A stretch of DNA of 58,395 nucleotides from Candidatus Parcubacteria bacterium. Its GTDB lineage: Bacteria > Patescibacteriota > Minisyncoccia > SURF-38. Positions 51,001 through 58,395 of the stretch are shown here, piece after piece. The stretch covers positions 1 to 58,395 of the forward strand of contig QZJN01000005.1 in the NCBI GenBank assembly GCA_003599335.1, in the 5' to 3' direction. Within the stretch, counting starts at the first letter, position 1; the number at the start of each line of letters is the position of its first letter. The translations under genes and the position numbers were made by a program. The notes under the pieces are model-generated. The model was not told the DNA's origin. It saw nothing but the letters and a program-made list of their open reading frames with translations, and did no database searches.

Positions 51001-51471
51001 TCAGGGCTGGTTGACGATGGCGAGGTTATAGAGCTTGACAAAGTGAGGATTCTGGCTCTCGTGGATGATGGCGCGGGCGCCCTCATAATCCAGATCGCCA
51101 TGAATGATCGCCACGACGAGCATCAGCGCTTCGTCCAGCAACTGGGGCAGGCCGGAGAAAGAAAATAGATACTCGCATCCTCGGATTGCCCCGCCGTACT
51201 GGCCGGCTTCCTCGTTGCGCGACTGCCAGCTTGATTTGTGTTCGCGGTTCAAAAGCAGTCGGTCTGCCTTTTCCCGCGCAAAGAGGCGGTATTTTTCCTC
51301 TTTGTCTTTTGGCACCTCGCCGACCATAAAATACTGGATCGGGTTGTGGCTCACAGGAGAAAGAAGGCAGAAGCAACCACCCCTTCTCCCGCCAAGCTCG
51401 GTTGCGAAATTGGCTTCAAGAATCGCAAGTACCATTTTGAGGGTGTCTTCGGTCTTGCCTCTGCGTTGCAC
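51001..51471 (-). CDS. Hypothetical protein, GlcG/HbpS-like fold suspected
   Basis: AAAGGAG 8 nt before GTG; FAREKA.RL, YGGAI, FSFSGLP..LDEA; TTGACA on minus at 51543-48. Confidence 0.75.
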   Translation of the reverse strand: MQRRGKTEDTLKMVLAILEANFATELGGRRGGCFCLLSPVSHNPIQYFMVGEVPKDKEEKYRLFAREKADRLLLNREHKSSWQSRNEEAGQYGGAIRGCEYLFSFSGLPQLLDEALMLVVAIIHGDLDYEGARAIIHESQNPHFVKLYNLAIVNQP

Positions 51472-51613
51472 TGCTTTGTCTCCTTTGCGGCAGAAATTAA
51501 GTCCGTAGGAACCGAAATTAAAGTAATATAATAGTATATTTTTGTCAACTTTATAATTTTACATATTTAAAGATTTGGTATATAAAGTTTGCAGAACGTC
51601 CAAGGAGGGAATC

Positions 51614-51832
51614 ATGGAAAATCCGATCAGGGAAGCAATTCTGGAGGCGCTCAAATCCTCTGAAGGTATGGAGATTGGAGAATTGCTTGCTTTAACCAAG
51701 CAATTCTCACCGGGAGATGTGAGGGCCGAGGCCTGGCGAATGATTGACCAAGGAGAGCTTGAGTTGACATCAGAGGAGAGGCTTCTCCGGCTGAAAAACG
51801 GTAGTTCCAGGCCGGCCAGCGGCGCCGCCTAA
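51614..51832 (+). CDS. Small winged-helix-like protein (72 aa)
   Basis: AAGGAGG 6 nt before ATG 51614; EAILEALKSSEGMEIGELL....SPGDVRAEAWRMIDQGELEL; TTTACA-17-TATAAA upstream. Confidence 0.75.
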   Translation: MENPIREAILEALKSSEGMEIGELLALTKQFSPGDVRAEAWRMIDQGELELTSEERLLRLKNGSSRPASGAA

Positions 51833-51849
51833 AGGATACGAACTTTTGG

Positions 51850-51884
51850 AAAGCCCGACGCTTCTTAGAGGCGGCGGGCTTTTT
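51850..51884 (+). terminator. Intrinsic terminator
   Basis: AAAGCCCG...CGGGCTTT followed by T. Confidence 0.8.
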
Positions 51885-51917
51885 CATTAGACTTAATTAA
51901 GATAAAATAAGTTATAT

Positions 51918-52556
51918 ATGAAAAGTTTTTCCATTACCTTTATTTTAAGTCTTTTAGTTTTGGTTCTTGGCTGGTTTATTTTTTGGAATTTTAGGACGCC
52001 AAAATCTGCCCTGCCCGATTTTTCCGGATGGAATACTTATGTCAGCGAAAAATTCGGATTTGAAATACAATATCCCCCCGATTGGGAAGTTCAGGAGTTC
52101 GATAACAGCCCTTATATTTACGGAGTTAATTTCTATAAACCAAGCCCAAATCTAATTTTCCCTTTAACGCATCATTCCGATGTCACCCACGTTTCTGTTT
52201 TTCCGCAAGGGATTCCGACAGAGGGTGTTTTTGGAAAATTTAAAGAATCAGCGCGTCAATATCCGATCCAAGCCAAAAACAAAATTGATTTTTTACTTGA
52301 AGACCAAAGCGTCTGGGGGATGATGAGCGCCAACTTTACTCAAAAACCGGCAAGCTGGGACGATTTTGGTTTTGTTTGGTCAGGTCTTAAGGTTGAAAAC
52401 TTAAGAGTAAAATGTTTTCGTGAAGGAAAGGAGGTTGATGCCGCCGGGTGCGATCCTTTGATGGGGGATGAGGTGGTTAGGACAGGAGTTGTTAGTGAAG
52501 AAGACAGAGAAATTGAAGAACAAATGCTTTCAACTCTACGGCTCATTAATCCTTAA
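51918..52556 (+). CDS. Membrane-anchored protein with PsbP-like domain
   Basis: N-terminal TM; W.TY....FGFEIQYPPDW; ends QMLSTLRL. Confidence 0.8.
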   Translation: MKSFSITFILSLLVLVLGWFIFWNFRTPKSALPDFSGWNTYVSEKFGFEIQYPPDWEVQEFDNSPYIYGVNFYKPSPNLIFPLTHHSDVTHVSVFPQGIPTEGVFGKFKESARQYPIQAKNKIDFLLEDQSVWGMMSANFTQKPASWDDFGFVWSGLKVENLRVKCFREGKEVDAAGCDPLMGDEVVRTGVVSEEDREIEEQMLSTLRLINP

Positions 52557-52614
52557 AGCGTTGCTTTTTAGCCAAGGTTCAATATAATAAAGGTAAAGTT
52601 GACTTTACATTGTT

Positions 52615-53106
52615 ATGAAGGATAAAAATTTAAAAACGGAAAAAGCCACTTTTGGAGCCGGTTGTTTCTGGGGGGTTGAGGATGCTTTTCATCAGTTAAA
52701 AGGGGTTGTTGACACTAAGGTTGGTTATATGGGCGGAACTTTGGAAAACCCAAGCTATGAAGAGGTTTGTACAAATACAACCGGTCATGCCGAAGTTGTT
52801 CAGGTTGAATATGACCCCAAGTCGATCTCTTACGATCAACTGCTTGAAACGTTTTGGAAAATTCACGATCCAACCCAATTTAATCGTCAGGGAGCTGATG
52901 TTGGCACGCAGTATCGTTCTGTAATTTTTTATCATACGCAAGAGCAAAAAAACTTGGCCGAAGCTTCAAAGAGCAAACTTGAAGAATCAAAAACTTACCG
53001 TAAGCAGATTGCAACCGCGATTGAACCAGCAAAAACTTTTTATAAGGCAGAAGAATATCACCAGAGATATTTTGAAAAACAAGGGATTTCGACGTGCCGG
53101 ATATAG
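52615..53106 (+). CDS. msrA: Peptide methionine sulfoxide reductase A
   Basis: [41 protein letters not shown]. Confidence 0.99.
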   Translation: MKDKNLKTEKATFGAGCFWGVEDAFHQLKGVVDTKVGYMGGTLENPSYEEVCTNTTGHAEVVQVEYDPKSISYDQLLETFWKIHDPTQFNRQGADVGTQYRSVIFYHTQEQKNLAEASKSKLEESKTYRKQIATAIEPAKTFYKAEEYHQRYFEKQGISTCRI

Positions 53107-53168
53107 CCAAGTATTTTGTATTTAGTATTAAGTGTTATACAAAAAGAAGATAAAAAATTTTAAAAATT

Positions 53169-53564
53169 ATGGAAAGAAGTGAACAAGAGTGGAAGCAGCT
53201 TTTAACGGAAGAGCAGTACCGTGTTTTACGGGAGAAAGGGACCGAAGCTCCATTTTCCGGCAAGTATTATAAAATTAAGGATAAGGGGATGTATGTTTGC
53301 TCGGCCTGCGGTGCAGAGCTTTTTTCTTCAGATACAAAATTTGATTCTGGCACAGGCTGGCCGAGTTTTACCGAGCCGGCCAATTTTGAGAATGTTGAAC
53401 TTGAAGATGATTTTAGCCACGGCATGCATCGCACTGAAGTTAGATGTAAACGATGCGGTTCTCATCTTGGCCATGTTTTTGACGACGGGCCAGAGGAAAA
53501 AGGGGGAAAGCGTTATTGTATAAATTCTGTTTGTCTTGATCTAAAGAAAAAAAGCGATGAATAA
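53169..53564 (+). CDS. msrB: Peptide methionine sulfoxide reductase B
   Basis: [44 protein letters not shown]. Confidence 0.99.
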   Translation: MERSEQEWKQLLTEEQYRVLREKGTEAPFSGKYYKIKDKGMYVCSACGAELFSSDTKFDSGTGWPSFTEPANFENVELEDDFSHGMHRTEVRCKRCGSHLGHVFDDGPEEKGGKRYCINSVCLDLKKKSDE

Positions 53565-54210
53565 GAGGGATGTTTTTTATCTGGTTTTAACCGTTATAGT
53601 TATCGGGGTTTTTGCTTCATCGCTTTACCTGCAAACCGTTGTCTATAAATACGTTGATGTTTTGGTCAGATACATGGAGACGTATCGTATCTTTGGCATT
53701 GCCATAGTAGTTTTTGGCGCGACGCTCTCTTCTATGCTTGCGCCTTTTACAATAGCTCCCATTCTTCTTCCGCCAGCCATAGTTACCCACGGGGCTTTTA
53801 TCACCTTTTTATATTTTTTAAGCGGATGGGTTTTGGGCGGAATTATAAGTTTTTATATATCGAGGCTGTGGGGCAGGCCGGCTTTGGAGAGACTTAGATT
53901 GGCCCACAAGGTTGATTATTACGAAAAGCTTGTGCCCAGGGAGCATCATTTTTTTGTTTTGCTTTTATTCAGATTGGCCATGCCTTCAGAAATTCCCGGT
54001 TATATATTGGGACTCACTAACATCGGATTTTTAAGATATTTTTGGGCGACTCTTTTGGCAGAGATTCCTATTGGTCTGATACTCGTTTATGCCGGGGGTG
54101 CTTTTGTGGAAAAAGAATTTATAACTTTAGCGGTTTTGGTAGGCCTTGCCGTATTTATAACGGTGACAACTTTTTTGATTTTTATTCACAGGACTAAAAG
54201 ACAAAATTAG
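53557..54210 (+). CDS. VTT/DedA (TVP38/TMEM64) family membrane protein
   Basis: G.VLGG.ISF..SR.WG, LLFRL..P.EIPGY.LGLT.I.F..YF.AT. Confidence 0.9.
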   Translation: MNKRDVFYLVLTVIVIGVFASSLYLQTVVYKYVDVLVRYMETYRIFGIAIVVFGATLSSMLAPFTIAPILLPPAIVTHGAFITFLYFLSGWVLGGIISFYISRLWGRPALERLRLAHKVDYYEKLVPREHHFFVLLLFRLAMPSEIPGYILGLTNIGFLRYFWATLLAEIPIGLILVYAGGAFVEKEFITLAVLVGLAVFITVTTFLIFIHRTKRQN

Positions 54211-54226
54211 TTGTATAATATTATTA

Positions 54227-54547
54227 ATGACTCCAAATAAAGAACTTAAGGCCGGGTTTTTTACAAGAATTTTGATTAAATTCTGGCCAGCTATGGCTGT
54301 TAAACAAATGGCTAGACAGATGGGTATAAACAACCCTTTGTTTGATAAAGCTCATTATCTTTTCACCAAAGTTAAAAGAGTTGATCTTGTTCCTCTAAAA
54401 AGTGGCTTGAGGGGTTTTATGGTCGTCCTTGATAGAAGAACGGCCTTGTATTTTTATCAGAACAATGACCATTTTGTTTACGACGGATATGAGATGGGGA
54501 TGTATAATAAAGGGGATGTTACTATTTTTGATCAAACTAAAGGATAG
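54227..54547 (+). CDS. Hypothetical protein
   Basis: 106-aa ORF co-oriented with neighbours; hairpin AGCCCCGC/GCGGGGTT at 54574-94 follows. Confidence 0.75.
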   Translation: MTPNKELKAGFFTRILIKFWPAMAVKQMARQMGINNPLFDKAHYLFTKVKRVDLVPLKSGLRGFMVVLDRRTALYFYQNNDHFVYDGYEMGMYNKGDVTIFDQTKG

Positions 54548-54596
54548 GTTTATTGTTTGAAACCAAAAATTTTAGCCCCGCACTAAGCGGGGTTTT

Positions 54597-55250
54597 ATGT
54601 TAAAATCAGTTCAAAAGATGACTTTCTTTGTAAGAAAAGCCCTTATTTTTGGGGTTGTGGGAGCAATCTTTATTTTTGGATTATATTTTCTGTTGAAAGA
54701 AGAAAAATTTATAGATAGGCCCAAGACAGGAAAAAATATAATTGTTTTTGGTGATAGTTTAGTCGAGGGCATCGGTTCTTCTCAAAATAATAATTTTGTC
54801 TCTTTATTATCCGATCGTCTTGGTCTTAATATTATTAATGCCGGTAAGAGCGGTGATACGACCGGTTCTGCTTTGGCTCGTTTAGAAACAGATGTTTTAA
54901 TGAAAAATCCGAGGGTGGTTATTGTTTTGCTCGGTGGGAACGATGCCTTAAGAAGAATTTCTCCGGAAGAAACTTTTAATAACTTGGCTTTAATTATTGA
55001 TCAAATACATTCAAGGGGCGCAGGCGTTATTTTGCTTGGGGTTAGGGGCGGTTTGTTTAAAGATAAATACGAAGACGAGTTTATTCGTTTGGTAAAAGAG
55101 AAAAAGGTTTCTTTTGTGCCGGATGTTTTGGAGGGAATTTTTGGTCATCCAGAGTTTATGTATGACGCTATACACCCAAACGATGCTGGTCATCGATTAA
55201 TAGCCGATAAAGTTGAGCCTGCTTTGCGTGCGGTTGTTGGTGATTTATAA
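54597..55250 (+). CDS. SGNH/GDSL hydrolase (arylesterase TesA-like)
   Basis: FGDSLVEG, NAG.SGDTT, LLGGND, DAIHPN..GH. Confidence 0.95.
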   Translation: MLKSVQKMTFFVRKALIFGVVGAIFIFGLYFLLKEEKFIDRPKTGKNIIVFGDSLVEGIGSSQNNNFVSLLSDRLGLNIINAGKSGDTTGSALARLETDVLMKNPRVVIVLLGGNDALRRISPEETFNNLALIIDQIHSRGAGVILLGVRGGLFKDKYEDEFIRLVKEKKVSFVPDVLEGIFGHPEFMYDAIHPNDAGHRLIADKVEPALRAVVGDL

Positions 55251-55275
55251 TTACAACATTGAAGTAAAAACTTTT

Positions 55276-55962
55276 ATGAACCCAGAATCAGGGTCAGCCC
55301 CAAGAGAAATAAAAGAGAATGCCGTTTTTGAGGCAAATCACGACCTTACATTGAGAGAGGCGGATCAAGTTTCCGAACAGCCGGTTGTGGCCGAAACAAT
55401 GCCGAGAGGACATCTCTCGTCTCTTAGAGAGCATATCTTACATTTGCCGGAGTATGAAAATTATAAAAACCAACCAATAAAATTAGAGAATTTCGATAGC
55501 GTCTTGGAAGAATTTTGGAAACATGTTGGCCAAAGTCCAAAACCGGAAGAGGTTAAGACCGGTGAGGTTTTAGATTCCCTCGTAAAAGGGATAAGGGGCG
55601 GGGTGAGCGACTATTATAAGTCTCTTTTGAGTTTACAGAGGGTCGGTAAAAAAGAGTTTTTGGTTGATAGGGAGGCTTATAAAGAAGAAACTCAATATCG
55701 CGATCAGAGAAGAAAAATCGTACACGACGCTCTGATCTCGGACCTAAAAGCTTTTCATAGATATTGTTATCAGGTTCTACCAAAGAAGTTCGGGATTTCG
55801 GTTGCAACAGAAAATTTTTTTAAAGGACCCGAGCTTAACAATAGGGATTTTATTGGAAACTGGGCTTTTGAAACAGAACAGGGTAGGAGGTTGGAAGATG
55901 CCGTGAGGGTTATAGATAGTAAACTTTCTGGTAAAAAAGAAGAAGCGGAGTCAACTCACTAA
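55276..55962 (+). CDS. Hypothetical helical protein
   Basis: ATG 55276; D.RRKIVHDALISDL....R motif; hairpin 55945-76 at the stop. Confidence 0.75.
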   Translation: MNPESGSAPREIKENAVFEANHDLTLREADQVSEQPVVAETMPRGHLSSLREHILHLPEYENYKNQPIKLENFDSVLEEFWKHVGQSPKPEEVKTGEVLDSLVKGIRGGVSDYYKSLLSLQRVGKKEFLVDREAYKEETQYRDQRRKIVHDALISDLKAFHRYCYQVLPKKFGISVATENFFKGPELNNRDFIGNWAFETEQGRRLEDAVRVIDSKLSGKKEEAESTH

Positions 55963-55981
55963 AGAGTCAACTCCGCTGGTT

Positions 55982-56293
55982 TCAGGATTTGAGCAGGGTT
56001 TGGCGGAAGAGCTTCTGGACCAGAAGTTCGGTCCAAAGGAGAAGTTGCAGATTGTCTTCCCAGGTTGGTTTCAACTCCGGAGGAAGCTTTTCCAGCTTTT
56101 CGGCGAGCAGCTTAAGCTCGGCCGAATCAGCCAGCCGCAAAGTCAGGCCTAGGCGCTCGCTGGCCGGAACTTCTGCCGATGGCCAAAGCTCGCTGATTCC
56201 GATGCAATCCCGCTTGATTTCTTCAATCAGGGGAGCAAAGAAGCCGGATTCGGCCTTAAAGAACTTGTCAAAGTTGTAGTCGGCGAAGCGCAA
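55982..56293 (-). CDS. Hypothetical protein (103 aa)
   Basis: TTG start at 56293 preceded by AAAGGGGTGAG; GC-richer codons; promoter upstream. Confidence 0.7.
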   Translation of the reverse strand: MRFADYNFDKFFKAESGFFAPLIEEIKRDCIGISELWPSAEVPASERLGLTLRLADSAELKLLAEKLEKLPPELKPTWEDNLQLLLWTELLVQKLFRQTLLKS

Positions 56294-56337
56294 GACCTCA
56301 CCCCTTTCATTAGAAGTTAGGAACAATTGCGAATTTA

Positions 56338-56365
56338 ATCTTAACATATATTAGAGTTTTGTCAA
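56338..56365 (-). promoter_or_regulatory. Extended -10 promoter (16-nt spacer)
   Basis: On minus: TTGACA (56360-65), 16 nt ending in TGT, TAAGAT (56338-43). Confidence 0.7.
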
Positions 56366-57234
56366 TAGCTTTAGGGATATTAAGAAAATTAATCAGGATA
56401 TTTGCGGTTTTAACGATAGCCACAAGCCTTTTATATTTATGGAAAGTTTATTTTGTTAATTTTGGAGCGATTGAGGAATTTAAGAATCAGATCAATGAAT
56501 TTTCTTTGGAGGAAGTTCAAAAAGAGATTCTCGCACCGCCTCCCCTTAGGGGTTCTGTTCAGACTCAAAAATCTTTTCTTACTCGTTCTGGGGTAATTTC
56601 GGAAACAAATAATCAAAGAATTAATAACGGACTTTTTGTTCTAAGAGAGAATGAATCTTTGAATTTGGCATCTCAAAAGAAGCTTCAGGATATGTTTTCG
56701 AATCAGTATTTTGCGCATGTTTCTCCTTCCGGCGCCGGGCCTTCATTTTGGATTGAAAGCGTTGGTTATGAATACGTTACTGTTGGTGAAAATTTGGCGC
56801 TTGGTAATTTTTCAGACGATTTTGATTTGGTTTTGGCCTGGATGAACTCGCCGGGTCATAGAGCAAATATTTTACACGAACGTTTTCAGGAAATTGGAGT
56901 TGCTGTTGGCAGAGGAGTTTTTGAAGGCAGAGAAACTTGGCTTGCGGTTCAAATGTTTGGTTTGCCGCTTAGCGTCTGCCCAAAACCCGATGAATCTTTG
57001 AAAATATCTATTGAAGCTAATCAAGTTCAGATTGACCAATTATTTATTAACCTTGAATCAAAACGAGAAGAACTTGAGAATACAAGACCAAAGAGGGGTT
57101 CTGTATATGAACAAAAAGTTGAAGAATATAATCAGTTAGTTGTTTTTTATAACGATCTGATAAGACAAACTAAATTACTAATTGAAAGGTATAATCGGCA
57201 AGTTAAGAGCTTTAATGCCTGCGTTGAGGGGTGA
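56359..57234 (+). CDS. CAP (SCP/PR-1) domain protein with C-terminal coiled coil
   Basis: N.QR..NG...L..N..L..A...K..DM....YFAH, GENLA.G, WMNSPGHRANIL, EIGVAV; exact start uncertain. Confidence 0.92.
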   Translation: MSIALGILRKLIRIFAVLTIATSLLYLWKVYFVNFGAIEEFKNQINEFSLEEVQKEILAPPPLRGSVQTQKSFLTRSGVISETNNQRINNGLFVLRENESLNLASQKKLQDMFSNQYFAHVSPSGAGPSFWIESVGYEYVTVGENLALGNFSDDFDLVLAWMNSPGHRANILHERFQEIGVAVGRGVFEGRETWLAVQMFGLPLSVCPKPDESLKISIEANQVQIDQLFINLESKREELENTRPKRGSVYEQKVEEYNQLVVFYNDLIRQTKLLIERYNRQVKSFNACVEG

Positions 57235-57265
57235 AGCTTTAGTTTTTTACGATTTGATTTAGAAT

Positions 57266-57535
57266 ATGTCTATGAACGAAAACTTTAGAAATTTAAAACA
57301 AAGAAGCGGTGAGCTTAGTAAAGAAATAAAACAGCGCACGGTTGGTTATATTGTTGCGGCTTTTGGGTTTGTCGCGGGTTTAGCTTGGAACGAAGCCATT
57401 AAGGCTTTAATAGAAAGCTTTTTTCCTTTAGCCAAAAATACTCTTACCGCTAAATTTGGCTACGCCGTTATCGTAACGATCGTCGTTGTTGTTTTGACAA
57501 TGTATCTTTTCAGGCTTGCCCGGAAAGAAGAATAA
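57266..57535 (+). CDS. DUF5654-like small membrane protein
   Basis: GYIVAAFGFVAGLAWNEAIKALI...L.AKF.YAV.VT. Confidence 0.85.
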   Translation: MSMNENFRNLKQRSGELSKEIKQRTVGYIVAAFGFVAGLAWNEAIKALIESFFPLAKNTLTAKFGYAVIVTIVVVVLTMYLFRLARKEE

Positions 57536-57549
57536 AGAATACTTGACCC

Positions 57550-58395
57550 GTGATTGAATTTAAAATACTAAAAAACTCAAAAAAGAGTAAGGCTCGTTTG
57601 GGAGTGCTTAAAACCCTTCACGGCGAGATCGAGACTCCAAGTTTAGTTCCCGTTGCCACTCAAGCTGTTGTTAAGACTCTATCAAGCGATGAAGTTTTGG
57701 AATCCAAAACTCAAATTTTAATTTCCAACACATATCATTTACATTTAAAACCCGGCGAAAAAATTATTAAATCGGCCGGCGGACTTCATGAATTCATGAA
57801 TTGGCGTAAACCCCTAATGACTGATTCGGGGGGGTTTCAAGTTTTTAGCCTTGGGTTCGGGAGAGATTTTGGTATGGGTAAAATTTTGAAAGAAAAATCG
57901 GAGGTTGAGATAAAGAAAGGACAACAGCCTAAGCTTTTACGAATTTCGGATGACGGCGTTACATTCACATCCTTTTTGGACGGTTCAAGGTTATTTATAG
58001 GCCCTAGAGAATCAATAAAGATTCAAGAAGATCTTGGCGCGGATATAATTTTTGCTTTTGATGAATGCACTTCTCCAGCTGCAGATTTTGAATATACAAG
58101 GCGGTCGTTGAGGCGGACGCATCGTTGGGCAAAAATTTGTCTTGATGTTCACAAAACAGACCAGGCTCTTTATGGAATTGTTCAGGGTGGCAAGTTCAAA
58201 GAATTACGTAAGGAAAGCGCTCGTTTTATTGGCGGATTGCCATTTGATGGCTTTGGGATTGGCGGGGAGTTTGGAGACAATAAAAAAATAATGTCTAGGA
58301 TGCTTTCTTGGGTTAACAACGAACTTCCAAAAAAGAAACCTCGTCATTTGCTTGGGATAGGGTATCTGGAAGATATACCTAAAGTAATAAAAGAG
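57550..58395 (+). CDS. tgt: tRNA-guanine transglycosylase, 5' part (runs off window)
   Basis: Manual translation from GTG 57550: ARLGVLKT.HG.I.TP..VPVATQ..VK, SNTYHL.LKPG, LMTDSGGFQVFSLG, Q..LGADI..AFDEC, GIVQGG, G.GIGG. Confidence 0.95.
   Translation, partial: MIEFKILKNSKKSKARLGVLKTLHGEIETPSLVPVATQAVVKTLSSDEVLESKTQILISNTYHLHLKPGEKIIKSAGGLHEFMNWRKPLMTDSGGFQVFSLGFGRDFGMGKILKEKSEVEIKKGQQPKLLRISDDGVTFTSFLDGSRLFIGPRESIKIQEDLGADIIFAFDECTSPAADFEYTRRSLRRTHRWAKICLDVHKTDQALYGIVQGGKFKELRKESARFIGGLPFDGFGIGGEFGDNKKIMSRMLSWVNNELPKKKPRHLLGIGYLEDIPKVIKE

Noticed and set aside
15211-56365. Orphan cassettes as integron gene cassettes or IS cargo
   Set aside because: No RYYYAAC...GTTRRRY attC structures, integrase, transposase, terminal inverted repeats or target-site duplications seen; the cassettes carry their own promoters.

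Overview
58.4-kb chromosomal window spanning the replication origin (yidC'-yidD-rnpA-rpmH <- oriC -> dnaA-dnaN) of an AT-rich, small-genome bacterium. Gene content and style (orphan PilB ATPase, DUF5667 anti-sigma, lamin-tail and bPH proteins, DUF5654, Shine-Dalgarno-less housekeeping genes) point to Patescibacteria/CPR, Parcubacteria-like (inference). Housekeeping genes include pbp1A, tyrS, ruvC/ruvB/ruvA, yebC, tsaE, polA, mutM, holA, murE, femX, uvrB, rpsT, rsmE, a P1B Cu-ATPase, msrA, msrB and partial tgt. No rRNA, tRNA, CRISPR array, transposase or integrase was seen. Main unexplained signals: (1) a promoter-driven, highly structured ~170-195 nt intergenic RNA between ruvB and pilB (28-bp closing stem, four-way junction, 6S-like size). 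(2) A second promoter/terminator-bounded ~190 nt non-coding unit 22 kb away, just behind a PD-(D/E)XK nuclease, whose 5' end is complementary to RNA 1 over 17 perfect bp plus an adjacent 10-bp helix, suggesting a trans-acting RNA pair. (3) About 17 GC-richer, mostly monocistronic orphan genes, most with a strong Shine-Dalgarno and many with their own near-consensus sigma70 promoter (often 16-nt spacer) and intrinsic terminator, scattered among SD-less core genes. (4) Unannotated small ORFs, including a 34-aa hyper-acidic peptide behind ruvC and a 44-aa membrane peptide. Start codons were revised from the ORF track where promoter/RBS context supports it. All function calls are by-eye motif recognition; no database searches or folding programs were run.
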